Below are positions 42,912-53,952 of a stretch of 57,549 nucleotides of DNA, piece by piece. This stretch comes from a virus (taxonomy: Duplodnaviria > Caudoviricetes): IMG/VR virus record IMGVR_UViG_3300025000_000120, positions 1 to 57,549 of that record; one strand, written 5' to 3'. The notes under the pieces are model-generated. The model saw nothing but the letters and a program-made list of their open reading frames with translations. It was not told the origin of the DNA and searched no databases. Position numbers and translations under genes: made by a program. Each line of letters opens with the position of its first letter. Within the stretch, counting starts at the first letter, position 1.

Positions 42912-43532
42912 TTACATCATTGTCATGATCACGTTTAAGGCATCCTCAGCCATGGTCACTCTCTCCGCTGTTATTTCCTCTACGGTCTTAACTGGGACTG
43001 TGTTTGCGATGGCGTTTAAAACCTCGTCAGCAGTGAAGATATAACAGTTCTGCTCTAAAGTGTACGTACGAACGATTACTTCTTCCGCTATGATGGGTTC
43101 GTGATCGTTCCAGGCGATAGGTACTTCTAAAGATGTCGTGATGATGTCATACACGGGAACTTCGACGTCTTCCATTACAGTCGTTCCATCTGGTTGTATT
43201 ACGGCCTGGAACTCGGTAGTAGTTTGATCAGTGGACGTTTTGTACGTAACGGGTCGCGTCTCCCATGTAGTTACTGTTAGAGCGTCCGTAGTCTCTACTG
43301 TATTAATATCCTCCTCAACGTAACCGCCATATCCAATAGGTGTAATTACATCCATCCAATATAGCAGCTGGCCAGCCTCATTGACCTTCTGAACCATATT
43401 ACCAGTAGGTTCTTTAACCGTCTTCTGGAGACTGATAGGATAAGGGATGTCTATAGATAACTCGAATGGTAAGGGTTCGCGGTCATATCCTTTAATCTGA
43501 CCTGTTACTATGTCATAGACAACATTTCTCAC
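42912..43532 (-). CDS. Tail fibre assembly/chaperone-like protein
   Basis: GTG start with GAGGAGG RBS; acidic; follows the tail fibre. Confidence 0.55.
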   Translation of the reverse strand: MRNVVYDIVTGQIKGYDREPLPFELSIDIPYPISLQKTVKEPTGNMVQKVNEAGQLLYWMDVITPIGYGGYVEEDINTVETTDALTVTTWETRPVTYKTSTDQTTTEFQAVIQPDGTTVMEDVEVPVYDIITTSLEVPIAWNDHEPIIAEEVIVRTYTLEQNCYIFTADEVLNAIANTVPVKTVEEITAERVTMAEDALNVIMTMM

Positions 43533-43580
43533 AGTTGTACCTCCTCTTGAGAAGGGCGATATTTCACGCCCCACTTAATT

Positions 43581-43754
43581 TTACTTACCGTGCTCGTAAT
43601 CGTAGTAAAGAGTGTGAAATACTCCATCTTTATCGGTGATATAACTTTCTCGACATCCCTTACAGACAAATTCGACGTAATTACCCTTTACAATGATTTC
43701 GAAGTGTTCTTTATTACCGCACTTAGTACATTCCAGTTTAACCTCAATCGACAT
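43581..43754 (-). CDS. Small Zn-ribbon protein
   Basis: CTKC...CKGC; AAGGAGG RBS. Confidence 0.65.
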   Translation of the reverse strand: MSIEVKLECTKCGNKEHFEIIVKGNYVEFVCKGCRESYITDKDGVFHTLYYDYEHGK

Positions 43755-43764
43755 AGTCTCCTCC

Positions 43765-46700
43765 TTAGATACTGTTACCAGTAGTAATAAGTTTATTGGT
43801 TGCCTTATCAACATATCCCATCGGAATTAATTCGCCGGACTTCCAAGCAGTAGGCGTGTTAACGCCAGCCCTTACAACGCCATCGGCTTCTTTAGATAGT
43901 GGTTTGCCGGGTAGATTAACAAGTATTCCCACACCTGTTCCATCAACTGTAAACCCTCCTGTAGCAGAGTATTTACTGAAGACCAACAGCTTTAGTTCCC
44001 CACCGACTAAAACTAAATATCGGGCAATACCCACCATGGGTTTACCGATTGTCGCTAAAGCATATTGCTTCCAGTAAGCTGTGCTAAATCCTGTTGCGTT
44101 TACAGTGACTTTACTCCCAACGTTGATATCCTTAGAGTCTGGCGCGAACTTAACAACGCTAAAACCCAGTTCACCATACAAATCACCTTTATCCTGTCCT
44201 ACACGATAAGTCAAGTTCATCCAATGATGAATTCCTTGCTTATTTCCTACAGCACTTCCTAAATCTGTAATCAAGAACTCTGGGATTTCAGCAAGTATCG
44301 TTACGTCAGTATTCGCGGAAATAGGGGTAGGTGCTTCAAGATAATCACTATACGTAGTCAACATAAACTCATTGGAATAAGGGAACATTGATTGAACTTC
44401 CTTAGTCTCTTTTCTTACGAATAGGATGTTACTTAACCCCGCATCCCTTCTTGGATTAGATGGAGATAAAACGTCATAACCTGTCGGCTTTTTGAAGGTT
44501 AATTCGATGTTGCAGTAGTCCGTGTAGATGGTGGAGGTGATTTCTCCATTGCTTGCATTAGCCCATGAAAGGAAGTGAACGAATCCGTCCGATTGAATAC
44601 ATGCAGATAATTTTACGTTTGCATTCGATTCATTAACATTTCCAGATACTTTTGAAACACTCCCCAAAGTATTGTAAGATTGGGCTGTCCATACTCCATT
44701 CCATGTTGAAATAGTAGCATAGTTTCCTGAAGGATTTGTGCCATACCCCCACCAATTAAAGTCGATATTCAATAAATTATTCTTCAACCACTGTACCTTA
44801 TCAATTGCAGGAATGGTTCCCATCTTATCTTCTACTATGCGGATTAGGTTGAAGGAGAAGAGTTGTTGAGCCATATTCCCATTATAGCTATAAGCACCAG
44901 TAAGGGTGTTATCAAGAGCTAAAATACCTGAGTATCTACCAGCATCCATCTCAACAGTAAACTGACTTGGAGTTTTAAGAGTAGAAGAACCTTCGCTATA
45001 TTTTGCAATATTCGGATTCCCAACCACATCACCAGCAGTTTTTCCAGCAAAATCATCCCTCACATCAACGGTTTGACCTGTTGCTAAACCCATCGAAATC
45101 ACGATTTTATCTGAGAAGGTGATGTCTAAACTAGCAAAGTCTACATTAATGGTTGAGGGGGTGATGCCATCTGAGGGGTCGGCAAAACAGAGAAAGAAAG
45201 CGTATCCATCAACACTAATACTATCAAGTAGAGATTGTCCGAATGGGACAGGGATGCTCAGAGTTGCAACTGTACTAGATGTCGTAAACGTATTTACAAT
45301 ATCCCAATCATTCCAAAAATTACCTGTATTGTTATAGCGAGTTAGCGTGGCTTTATTTCCAGAAGGAGAACTACCGTGTCCTTTAAAAAGGCATGATATT
45401 CTATTCAAATTATTCTTCAACCAAGTAACTTTTAACGCCTTAGTCTTAGCAGGTATCTTACATCCCAATTTCCTCTCAGATTCCTTAATTAAGTCAAAAC
45501 TTAATAGTACGCACGCCTGTTTACCATTGACATTTGTACTAAATGTTGTAACTGTCCCATCCTGAATAAACATCTTAGCATACTCACTCGTAATCAACTC
45601 ATCAACAAACGTAGAAGGAGCGGGATTATTCGCTACAATTGCACTTAATGTCTTAGCAATATTCGGATTCTCCCAAGTTCTACCTGAAATCTTACTAACA
45701 TAATCACTCGTAATAGTCTGATTAGCATATGGAAGTCTAAACCCTGCTTCACCCATCAAGGTAGTTGTGGTTGGTACACTCAATGCAGGTTGACCACTAG
45801 GCATAATCATAGAATAATCAATCTGTAAATCTTGTGCTACTAAACTGGCATTTGTACCTAATTTAAACGTAGCAACATTCCCAAACATCCCAGTCCAAGG
45901 TGTAACTGCATCGCCAACAACTTCAGTTTTAGTTGTTCCATTCATGTAATAAACCTTTGGATTTGATGATGTTGCGGTTGACTCCATAGCAACAACTTGA
46001 TATTTACTTAATGCTACTCCAATTGTTTCAGTGAATGTTAATTTTTTATTTACTGCATCTACTCCACCAGTATTAATTATTTTCGTAGCTAAAAGTGTTC
46101 CCAAAACTCTATCAACTAATTTAACTGTATCCCCATCTGAATACAAAGTTGCATCAACAATATCAAAATAAGCTGAAGTATCAGTTGATAAAGCATCTTT
46201 TACTAATGTGGATTTAGCAGTATCAGTATCAAAGACACCGCTAATCAATTCCCCTGCCATACCTGTTACAGTAATAGTATCTCCTGCGCTCCATGTATTA
46301 GGAGTCCCAATTACAACACGATTAATTCCTCGACTATTTAACAAATTTGTCGCTTTTACAATAGAATTGACTGTTTGTGGCATCTGTGCTTCCGATGAAA
46401 TGCGTCTTTGATTGGTGTAGGCTGGCATGATGATAGCATCACCTGAGATGAAGTCAGGAGGGAGATTTGGGAAGAGTGAGCCTCTGTCGATGTTGGAGAT
46501 GGAGATGTCCGAAACAGCACCTACATATCCATATCCACTAGTTGTACTTCCGATGTATCCAACGTTTGCGGAACTTAAATTTGTAATACCTATGGTAGCG
46601 ACTTGGACACCATTGAGGAACACATACATATTCGTGCTTGTAATTCTAATCCTAATATGAATAAATGGTGTATTTGGTTTTGCTAGAGTAAAAGTAAGAG

Positions 46701-48897
46701 CATTATTTGTACCATTACCACCAATTAGATAATAACTAGTAGAAGAGGGATTCTTATTTAAACCGATATAGTTAGTTCCATCGTTTATATTAAGAATGGA
46801 TTGAGCATTTGATGTAATAGCAAAAAAGTCATCTGCCTTAAAAATAGCATCTAGTGTACATGAAGTTAATCCACTTGCAAAAGCACAACTGACTCTGCCT
46901 GTATTTGGAATTTGCAAACCTGAACCTGTAGGCATTGGTTTGTAAGTAGGAATAGGGATATTTGTTAATGTGGTTGTTCCAACTTCAGGCACAGTCGTCC
47001 CATCCAAACTAGCATAAAACACAGTATTCCCATCTACTTCACTCTTAGGTATTCCATGGTGTACGGTCAGCATTTTCTTCGGCGAAAGTTCCCCACGATT
47101 GAACATGTTATCTGCTTTTTTGAGGATGTAGTCATAATTATATTGAGATTTTGTTTCATGTCTCAAGTCTGTGATGTCGCGTGAGTCGATGACGTTGGCG
47201 TAGAGGGATTGGGGGTGGTCTGATTTTGCGATAATAGTACCACCACCGCCTAGAGTCCCTATAGATTGACCTATTGTGATTGTTTGAGGATTCGATACTG
47301 TGTTTATGGCAGTAATTACTCCTAACAATGTACCTGTTGTGTTAATTAGCATTTCACCCACACTATAATTTGACCCTATTGGAGTGCTGGCAGAGATATT
47401 TGCAACATAGTTAGTTTGGCCATTTGTAATACCATTTGTTACTGTTAAGGGATTATAACCTCTCGCTCCATTCGCATTACTTGGTGAAAACCCCGATGAA
47501 TTCCGTCTTTTAACCCTAAATAATGGAATTGCGTAGGAGTAGCCATCGTATGTCACTAATGCAGTCTTACTGGCAGAAGTTCCATCTCCCGCAATATACA
47601 AACCAACATCTTCAAGAGAAATTCCTTTTCCACTAATACCTACGTTGTTTATTCTATCCGATTGACTGAAGAAATGACTATATTTAAAGATACTAGAAGA
47701 AGCAGACCAATCGTATATATAGTTAAGTGGTACAGTGTTTCCTCCTTGTGCTTGAACCAAGGCATCCCTAGCGTTAACCCCATCTGTATAAGGTGCAATA
47801 AAATTAACATTTGATACGGTTCTATAACGTCCAGCCATAGTATATCCATTCCCGTTAGCTGGAAAATATGTTTCAAGGAATACTAAATCATCCCATTTCT
47901 CTCCAACGTTTGCAGGTGCAGTAGGAAGTGTTAAAATAGTTAACGGCATTTTTATTTCATAACCATTGATAGGATAAACAGTTTCGGGAATTGTAATGGA
48001 ATTTAAATTTGTAGTTGAACCAGTTGTAATCGCTGGAATTGTTCTACAACCAGAATGCATTTGATTACGAATCATATCTGCTTTTGCTTTATCTACATCA
48101 TTTAAACTAACCACAGTTGCAGCACCAGTTATACTAAAGTTTCCTTTATATTCCCATACTGTTCCACTATATCTATACCATTGATTATTGTCTAATGTTT
48201 GAGCACACCAACCTATTACGGCACTTGGATATGTAGATGCCAAAGCAGCAAAATTTGCTACAGGTGTTTGCCATATGAGCTGTGTTGTGTTTGCTGAACT
48301 ATTTGCTAGTGTGGCAGCGTTTTGAGCGTTTGCTATGGCTGTGTTTGTATTAGAAGTGGCCGTAATAGCTAATTGACGTGTAACTTCTGTCTCGGCAATC
48401 TTATTCGTCGCTTCTGCCAGTTTATTATTCACGTCAGAATTCCATCGAGCTGAGTCGTCGTTATATTGAGCTTGTATATCTATGATTTTAGCGTCCAGCT
48501 TAGGTATTACATAGACACTAAGCGTATCGCCATTATCTAGACTCTCTGTGACGTTGAATGTGAATTGGGCGGTACTAAGTTTTGTTCCAGCAGTACTGAA
48601 ATCAACTTCGCCTTTCACAATACCGGTGACCGCGAGAGTGTTAGAGCTTAGAATACACTCCACTTTACCAGTTGTAGCGTTAATCACAGTGACACCGGTT
48701 AGACTGTCCTGAATGACAATGGTTCCGTCCGGTTTGTAGAACGACACGATTACTTCTTGGTTGGAGATGTCTACTGGCACACCGTTATTGGTTATGCGAA
48801 ATTCAAGCACACTCGAGTTTATATCTCCCTGAACAAACTTGACATTAAATATACTTCTTTGTTTAAAGTCTAAATATACTACTTGTCTGTTCTCCAA
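43765..48897 (-). CDS. Tail fibre/receptor-binding protein with BppU N-terminal domain, LamG-like domain and a duplicated module
   Basis: FVQGD.NS..LEF...F.KPDG (BppU_N); YVFLNG...YIG (LamG-like); two repeats of K..G....NPNIAK...FSF.LI...WLKNN. Confidence 0.8.
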   Translation of the reverse strand: MENRQVVYLDFKQRSIFNVKFVQGDINSSVLEFRITNNGVPVDISNQEVIVSFYKPDGTIVIQDSLTGVTVINATTGKVECILSSNTLAVTGIVKGEVDFSTAGTKLSTAQFTFNVTESLDNGDTLSVYVIPKLDAKIIDIQAQYNDDSARWNSDVNNKLAEATNKIAETEVTRQLAITATSNTNTAIANAQNAATLANSSANTTQLIWQTPVANFAALASTYPSAVIGWCAQTLDNNQWYRYSGTVWEYKGNFSITGAATVVSLNDVDKAKADMIRNQMHSGCRTIPAITTGSTTNLNSITIPETVYPINGYEIKMPLTILTLPTAPANVGEKWDDLVFLETYFPANGNGYTMAGRYRTVSNVNFIAPYTDGVNARDALVQAQGGNTVPLNYIYDWSASSSIFKYSHFFSQSDRINNVGISGKGISLEDVGLYIAGDGTSASKTALVTYDGYSYAIPLFRVKRRNSSGFSPSNANGARGYNPLTVTNGITNGQTNYVANISASTPIGSNYSVGEMLINTTGTLLGVITAINTVSNPQTITIGQSIGTLGGGGTIIAKSDHPQSLYANVIDSRDITDLRHETKSQYNYDYILKKADNMFNRGELSPKKMLTVHHGIPKSEVDGNTVFYASLDGTTVPEVGTTTLTNIPIPTYKPMPTGSGLQIPNTGRVSCAFASGLTSCTLDAIFKADDFFAITSNAQSILNINDGTNYIGLNKNPSSTSYYLIGGNGTNNALTFTLAKPNTPFIHIRIRITSTNMYVFLNGVQVATIGITNLSSANVGYIGSTTSGYGYVGAVSDISISNIDRGSLFPNLPPDFISGDAIIMPAYTNQRRISSEAQMPQTVNSIVKATNLLNSRGINRVVIGTPNTWSAGDTITVTGMAGELISGVFDTDTAKSTLVKDALSTDTSAYFDIVDATLYSDGDTVKLVDRVLGTLLATKIINTGGVDAVNKKLTFTETIGVALSKYQVVAMESTATSSNPKVYYMNGTTKTEVVGDAVTPWTGMFGNVATFKLGTNASLVAQDLQIDYSMIMPSGQPALSVPTTTTLMGEAGFRLPYANQTITSDYVSKISGRTWENPNIAKTLSAIVANNPAPSTFVDELITSEYAKMFIQDGTVTTFSTNVNGKQACVLLSFDLIKESERKLGCKIPAKTKALKVTWLKNNLNRISCLFKGHGSSPSGNKATLTRYNNTGNFWNDWDIVNTFTTSSTVATLSIPVPFGQSLLDSISVDGYAFFLCFADPSDGITPSTINVDFASLDITFSDKIVISMGLATGQTVDVRDDFAGKTAGDVVGNPNIAKYSEGSSTLKTPSQFTVEMDAGRYSGILALDNTLTGAYSYNGNMAQQLFSFNLIRIVEDKMGTIPAIDKVQWLKNNLLNIDFNWWGYGTNPSGNYATISTWNGVWTAQSYNTLGSVSKVSGNVNESNANVKLSACIQSDGFVHFLSWANASNGEITSTIYTDYCNIELTFKKPTGYDVLSPSNPRRDAGLSNILFVRKETKEVQSMFPYSNEFMLTTYSDYLEAPTPISANTDVTILAEIPEFLITDLGSAVGNKQGIHHWMNLTYRVGQDKGDLYGELGFSVVKFAPDSKDINVGSKVTVNATGFSTAYWKQYALATIGKPMVGIARYLVLVGGELKLLVFSKYSATGGFTVDGTGVGILVNLPGKPLSKEADGVVRAGVNTPTAWKSGELIPMGYVDKATNKLITTGNSI

Positions 48898-48899
48898 TG

Positions 48900-49040
48900 T
48901 TATCCCTCCTTAACCTTCTTCAGTTCGACTATCTCTTTCTGCAGCGATTCTATCATAACATCTTTCACGGCAATTCCTTTTGACATATGTTTTATTTGCT
49001 CTAATAGCATGTTAATGACTCTATTAGCATCTACTTCCAT
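48900..49040 (-). CDS. 46-aa coiled-coil protein (not in ORF track)
   Basis: MEVDANRVINMLLEQIKHMSKGIAVKDVMIESLQKEIVELKKVKEG; AAGGAG RBS. Confidence 0.6.
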   Translation of the reverse strand: MEVDANRVINMLLEQIKHMSKGIAVKDVMIESLQKEIVELKKVKEG

Positions 49041-49051
49041 TTTGATTCTCC

Positions 49052-50542
49052 TTACGTAATCGAATTCAAATCGCTAACTAGTAAATTTAAAAAGGATGCG
49101 TATACTTGAGTACCACTACTGACTTGCGACATACTCATAGCTTGCATATCACTTATGGCTGTTCTGGCTTGGTTGAATATTGAGGCTGAGAACACCGTAC
49201 CCTTGTATGCTTGAGTAAATGTGACTTCAGACAAACCCTTATATACCCTGACTAAGTTTATATTAGCAAGGAACGCATTCCACTCCACCGCTGTTAATGC
49301 GACAGGATTTAAATACGAAGGTGTGTGAGTCCAAGCGAACGTGGAAGGTCTTACCCTCGTATATGTTGGAGAATACGCCCAACCCCATGCCTCTCCTCCA
49401 CTAGTCTGAATTAACCAAGGCTTGACATCTACGTATCTTGCCCTGAATTGAACCGTTTGTCCCTGAGTCATTGACTCTATGTCGTGATACTGCTCCGCAC
49501 CAGCGTACAGGTCGGCTCCGCGCCAAATATTAGCATAAGGTCCGTAGTTAAGTTTTTTATCAAAGGCTAACGTCCCAATTTCATAGTCAATGGTGGCTGA
49601 GGTGTTGATGTACTGGGACAACTGACTGTCAATAGTATATATGCAACTCTCTGGGGCAGGGCAATTCTGTTCGGATAAATCGTCGGTAACTGTGATAAAG
49701 CGTATGATGTTCTCATAATAAAGAGGCATGTAACATCTTCCAGTAGAAAGGTTAGGGCTTATATATTCGCCCCACCACCAATCGCCCCAATTGTTATGAA
49801 CGATCCAGTGTGTAATCCCATCAATCAGCTTCCATCCAATGATGCACATTACGTGAGAGGTCTTGGTTTCACCTATGACTATGTTTTGGTCGACATTAGC
49901 GGGAACTACGCCGTCACAACCGGCTCCACCTAGATCCTGAAAGTTATTCGCGACATATGTCGTCACTAATACTACGCCGTTGTCGATGATACTTTGCTTA
50001 AGACTCTCAATCTGGGTAGCGTTGATGATATTAATAAATTCGCCAGGATGAACTGGGTCAGGTCCTAAAGCTTCCATTACCGAATAGCTTGATATTTTGG
50101 CTTTGTACATCTCCCTATTGGCGTTGTTAGCCACAAGTGTCTCTGCGCCTATGATAGGGGTGCCGCCGTCAGTCCAGTCATAATACATATAAGTATCTGG
50201 ATACGTCCATTCACCCCAACCATTATAACGATTCTCAGGTAAACTCTTATACAGGGGCACGCCATCATATTTAAGTCTATCGAGAGCATAGTTGACAATC
50301 ATTCCGTCGTTAGGGTTATCCTCCTGGGTCGTCCTATTTCCGAATATCCAACCTATAGAATATCTATTTGTGTAACCGTACTGTCTATACTCATGAACTT
50401 CCTTCATTGTACATAGGGCGTTAGCTACGCAACTACCAGCTTCACTCTCCCAACCATGAATGTCTGGACCATTGCCTATACCCCATACCCACTGGTCTGT
50501 TACTTTGGGCCAAAAGGAGGGTATATATTCTGTGGGTGGCAC
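49052..50542 (-). CDS. Papain-like (C1) cysteine peptidase-domain tail protein
   Basis: AGSCVANA, SHVMCIIGW and WIVHNNWG (Cys-His-Asn); C-terminal TAVEWN tail-type domain. Confidence 0.75.
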   Translation of the reverse strand: MPPTEYIPSFWPKVTDQWVWGIGNGPDIHGWESEAGSCVANALCTMKEVHEYRQYGYTNRYSIGWIFGNRTTQEDNPNDGMIVNYALDRLKYDGVPLYKSLPENRYNGWGEWTYPDTYMYYDWTDGGTPIIGAETLVANNANREMYKAKISSYSVMEALGPDPVHPGEFINIINATQIESLKQSIIDNGVVLVTTYVANNFQDLGGAGCDGVVPANVDQNIVIGETKTSHVMCIIGWKLIDGITHWIVHNNWGDWWWGEYISPNLSTGRCYMPLYYENIIRFITVTDDLSEQNCPAPESCIYTIDSQLSQYINTSATIDYEIGTLAFDKKLNYGPYANIWRGADLYAGAEQYHDIESMTQGQTVQFRARYVDVKPWLIQTSGGEAWGWAYSPTYTRVRPSTFAWTHTPSYLNPVALTAVEWNAFLANINLVRVYKGLSEVTFTQAYKGTVFSASIFNQARTAISDMQAMSMSQVSSGTQVYASFLNLLVSDLNSIT

Positions 50543-50557
50543 TATAAACGCCTCCTC

Positions 50558-53269
50558 TTATCCAAATACTGCTATTACTCCGTTCGGAGCTGTGATAACC
50601 CCAGTAACAGTTAAGTCTCCGTGAATTGTGGTGGCTAAAGCATCGATGTCTACTTGTAAGGCGTCTATGGATAATAGGGAGCTACCATCACCACTAAGGC
50701 CCTGATAATACTTTATTGTGGCTGGGGCAGAATATCCAGCTACCACGGCACCAAATTGTAGACCATAGGAAGAACCATTGTTCCAGATATTAGAGGATAC
50801 CTTCAGGGTGTCGTAAGCTTCGATCATAACGCCGTCGATTGTGCCGCCAGAAATAGTTGGACTCTCAATAGTAGTTTGTGTTATCTTAGTTGACGTAATA
50901 TAACTAGGAAGAACCGGACTGATCCCATCGACCCCATCGACTCCATTAATACCATTTATCCCATCTACTCCATCGGCCCCTGTTAGATTTACTTGTGATT
51001 CAGGTGTAAGATTAGCCCATGATATTACGGCGTTGTCGCCCATAGTAACATTGGTGCCTACCACCAGCTCGTCGGTTTTAATCTTACTAGCCGAAATACT
51101 GTTCGCAGCTATAGCATCGCCGGCGATCCCAGCTCCAGTTATTGCCGTGGCGAAAGTTAAGCCGCCGTCTATGCTTACGCCAATTCCACCCGCAGTTATC
51201 TTAACTACATTATCGCCGCTTACTGCGTGAAATCCAGACGCATCCCAATAAAAATCTGAACTAACCGATATTTTGTTAGTGGCGGATATTAAAAAGTTAA
51301 TTAATCCGTTCGTGATGTCCGTCGTGGGAACAGCAGCATTAGCAGTTGATTGGGCATTATCTGCTTGGGTTTGGGCTGCGTCTATAGCCGCCTTTCGTTG
51401 GTTCTCCAGCTCCGTCTGTAAATTTGCCTTGGCCGTACTATAAGCGGCAAAGTAGGCTTTAAAAATGACAGCATCAATATCAGATGTCCCAGTGATTGCT
51501 AAAATTGCCTCGAGATAAGTTGATAGGTTGTTATACTGTGCTACGTAAACTTGATATGCGGTAGCATCTCCCGCAGTGGGCCATAATTGTTGGGCTCTGA
51601 TCGAATCCATAACGGTAATAGTTCCGGTAATATTCAAGTCGTATGACATGTCTAGTTGGGGGATTAGTGAAGCTAGATAATCCAATATATTTTGTGACAC
51701 ATGGATAATCGGTAGAGTATACTTTGAGGCACTTGCGTCAAGAGCTAGTTTTTCGGCTTTTATACCGTCGTAAGTCACAGAGAGGCTTTGTTTTTCAAGA
51801 GGTGTGAATTTGTTATCGCTCGCCAAATCAAGGGTTTGTGCATGAGCATAGTTCCAATCCGTAGCGCCGTCTATTAAGTCATCTGCTATCGTCTCTCCCA
51901 GGTCTCCAACCATGATTTGATTAGCGCGAATGGTTACGAATTTCCCCAACAAGCCTGTAATGAAGCTACCTACTATTGATCCATCTTGGGTTATGGCTGT
52001 GGTATATGGGCCGTTAACCCCCATAGAACTATGTCCGAATCCACCAAGATTCCAACGCCACACGTCGAGTGCGGTCATGACGTCTGTCGTGTCCATGATA
52101 AGTATCTCATAAGGCTTTCCGGCCTCATCCGTACGTATTACTACGTTACCACCATTTGAACCTGTTATGAGGGCTGTGGCGTTCTCTATAGCGAGTTGAT
52201 ACGCGGATTTAACGTTAATAATATCTTGTTTTACTTTCTGAATGGAATTAGTAATACCTGTTGCAAGGTTGGGTTTAAAGCTTCCCAATTCAACACTTTC
52301 AATCCTATCGGTTATGATATTCTTGGTTATTTTAATAACCTTGACTTTTAGATTGAGGTTGAGTCTGGAGTGCTTAACGGTAACTGTATCGCCTAAATAT
52401 ACACTTTCGAGCACTGCGTAGTTTTTGTACTCTTCGGTCTTAGATAGCTCAACGAAATCAACTTTGTAATTGAATTGAGGAATATCTATTTTGGAGGTTT
52501 CCATGTACGCCAGAGCCGCAGTCCTGAGTTCATCCCAGGTGTCTATTTCACTAAAGTCAACCACTTTGATCCTTGGGTTGGGGTAATTACCAATATACGG
52601 ACTGTCGATGTACTTTTCGTCAAGTGTTAAGCCGTCACTACCAATAGGCATTAAGCGTGTACAGATACCACTAGTATCTAACGTCTCCTCTATGCCCTGG
52701 ATGTTCTTACCGTAAGCTATTAGGACTCCTCGATCAGACCCTCTAACCCCTAAATGTTTAATAAGGAAGTTGTCTCTGACCAGTTCTCCTCCGTACGTAC
52801 TAAGCAGTCCTTCCGAACCCATGATAGCCTCGACTGGATTCTTACGAATGAAATATAAAGTGTTGACCCCACCAACGTCACTTATAGACGTAAAAGGGTG
52901 AGCATATTGGGTATTAGTTAGAATATGGTTTAGCGTAGCTTGTCCACTTAAATCAGTAGAAGTTACGTCTTCTAGTAGATTGTCAAGAAGATCATAAAAT
53001 ATATGACGAGCATTGACTCTGATGGAGGTTAACGTCTTTACTTTGTTGTATATGCGAAAGAGTTGTCCGTCAGCTTTTATGACGTTATCCTCTATGAGAT
53101 ACTCCCACTTACCACGTGCGTCTAAGGGGTGTTCGAGTTCGCACTCAAATATGCCATTAAGCTCTTCGGTGACCACGGATGATATGGAATCAGATAAGAC
53201 CACTAGACCGTTGCTTGTAAATTCAGTGGCCTTGCTGTCATGTACAGAAATCATTACATCCACCGCCAA
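50558..53269 (-). CDS. Tail protein (Tal/tail spike, prophage endopeptidase-like N-terminus)
   Basis: VTEELNG.F..ELE.P, QLFRI, GGEL.RDNF, YGKN, WRWNLGG, short GxxG collagen-like repeat. Confidence 0.85.
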   Translation of the reverse strand: MAVDVMISVHDSKATEFTSNGLVVLSDSISSVVTEELNGIFECELEHPLDARGKWEYLIEDNVIKADGQLFRIYNKVKTLTSIRVNARHIFYDLLDNLLEDVTSTDLSGQATLNHILTNTQYAHPFTSISDVGGVNTLYFIRKNPVEAIMGSEGLLSTYGGELVRDNFLIKHLGVRGSDRGVLIAYGKNIQGIEETLDTSGICTRLMPIGSDGLTLDEKYIDSPYIGNYPNPRIKVVDFSEIDTWDELRTAALAYMETSKIDIPQFNYKVDFVELSKTEEYKNYAVLESVYLGDTVTVKHSRLNLNLKVKVIKITKNIITDRIESVELGSFKPNLATGITNSIQKVKQDIINVKSAYQLAIENATALITGSNGGNVVIRTDEAGKPYEILIMDTTDVMTALDVWRWNLGGFGHSSMGVNGPYTTAITQDGSIVGSFITGLLGKFVTIRANQIMVGDLGETIADDLIDGATDWNYAHAQTLDLASDNKFTPLEKQSLSVTYDGIKAEKLALDASASKYTLPIIHVSQNILDYLASLIPQLDMSYDLNITGTITVMDSIRAQQLWPTAGDATAYQVYVAQYNNLSTYLEAILAITGTSDIDAVIFKAYFAAYSTAKANLQTELENQRKAAIDAAQTQADNAQSTANAAVPTTDITNGLINFLISATNKISVSSDFYWDASGFHAVSGDNVVKITAGGIGVSIDGGLTFATAITGAGIAGDAIAANSISASKIKTDELVVGTNVTMGDNAVISWANLTPESQVNLTGADGVDGINGINGVDGVDGISPVLPSYITSTKITQTTIESPTISGGTIDGVMIEAYDTLKVSSNIWNNGSSYGLQFGAVVAGYSAPATIKYYQGLSGDGSSLLSIDALQVDIDALATTIHGDLTVTGVITAPNGVIAVFG

Positions 53270-53952
53270 TTAGGAGTTATTACAACTGAAGTAACTGTTC
53301 CCGTCCAACTAATAGAGTTTTGACCGACGACTAATTCGGGGAAATCACCCGACATGTCGTTGTTCTTAAGTACAGTATCCTTATAGCAGTCCATCAGATC
53401 ACTATCTATCGTAACGTGACCCACAACGTTTGTGAGATGAATCACGTTACCGTTAATATCGAGATCGATGGTTCCGGTGCCATAGACTTTGAATATGGGT
53501 TTGCTTGTGCAGGTTCCTACGTTAATCAGAGCACTGGGGACAGTCAGTGTAATCTCCGAATTCTCGACCGACAAGGGAAACGGCTGACAATCAAATATGA
53601 CAATGAATTTGTGCCACTGTCGCATAATTCGTTCGAATGGTATTTGATTGATTATACTAGCCTTGTATTTTCGGTCTGGTTGGTCGGAGAAAATAACATC
53701 TCCGGAGCCATCCAACCATGCTAAGACTTTATCAACCTCAGCAATATCTAAGAGTGTGCATTCACACGACTTAACCATACTACTATAAGTCCCAAAGTCC
53801 TCCGTTAAAAAACCATCTCTACCGGGTATAACTATCTTGTTAATGTCCCTATTGACCTTGATGATGGGCGGTAATGTATTCACCAAAATACCCATATCTT
53901 TACTTGAAATCCTGTTGTATATAAAATATGGCTCTTCGTGTAAATAGACCAT
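53254..53952 (-). CDS. Distal tail protein (Dit)
   Basis: IPGRDG, WLDGSG..FSD.PD, F.CQPF, N.GT..KP, FPEL..G.N.ISW, PNWR; follows the tape measure. Confidence 0.85.
   Translation of the reverse strand: MVYLHEEPYFIYNRISSKDMGILVNTLPPIIKVNRDINKIVIPGRDGFLTEDFGTYSSMVKSCECTLLDIAEVDKVLAWLDGSGDVIFSDQPDRKYKASIINQIPFERIMRQWHKFIVIFDCQPFPLSVENSEITLTVPSALINVGTCTSKPIFKVYGTGTIDLDINGNVIHLTNVVGHVTIDSDLMDCYKDTVLKNNDMSGDFPELVVGQNSISWTGTVTSVVITPNWRWM

Noticed and set aside
43765-48897. Diversity-generating retroelement targeting the tail fibre
   Set aside because: No reverse transcriptase and no TR/VR pair differing at adenines was seen
50920-50980. GxxG repeat in the tail protein as a novel repeat
   Set aside because: Ordinary short collagen-like segment common in phage tail proteins
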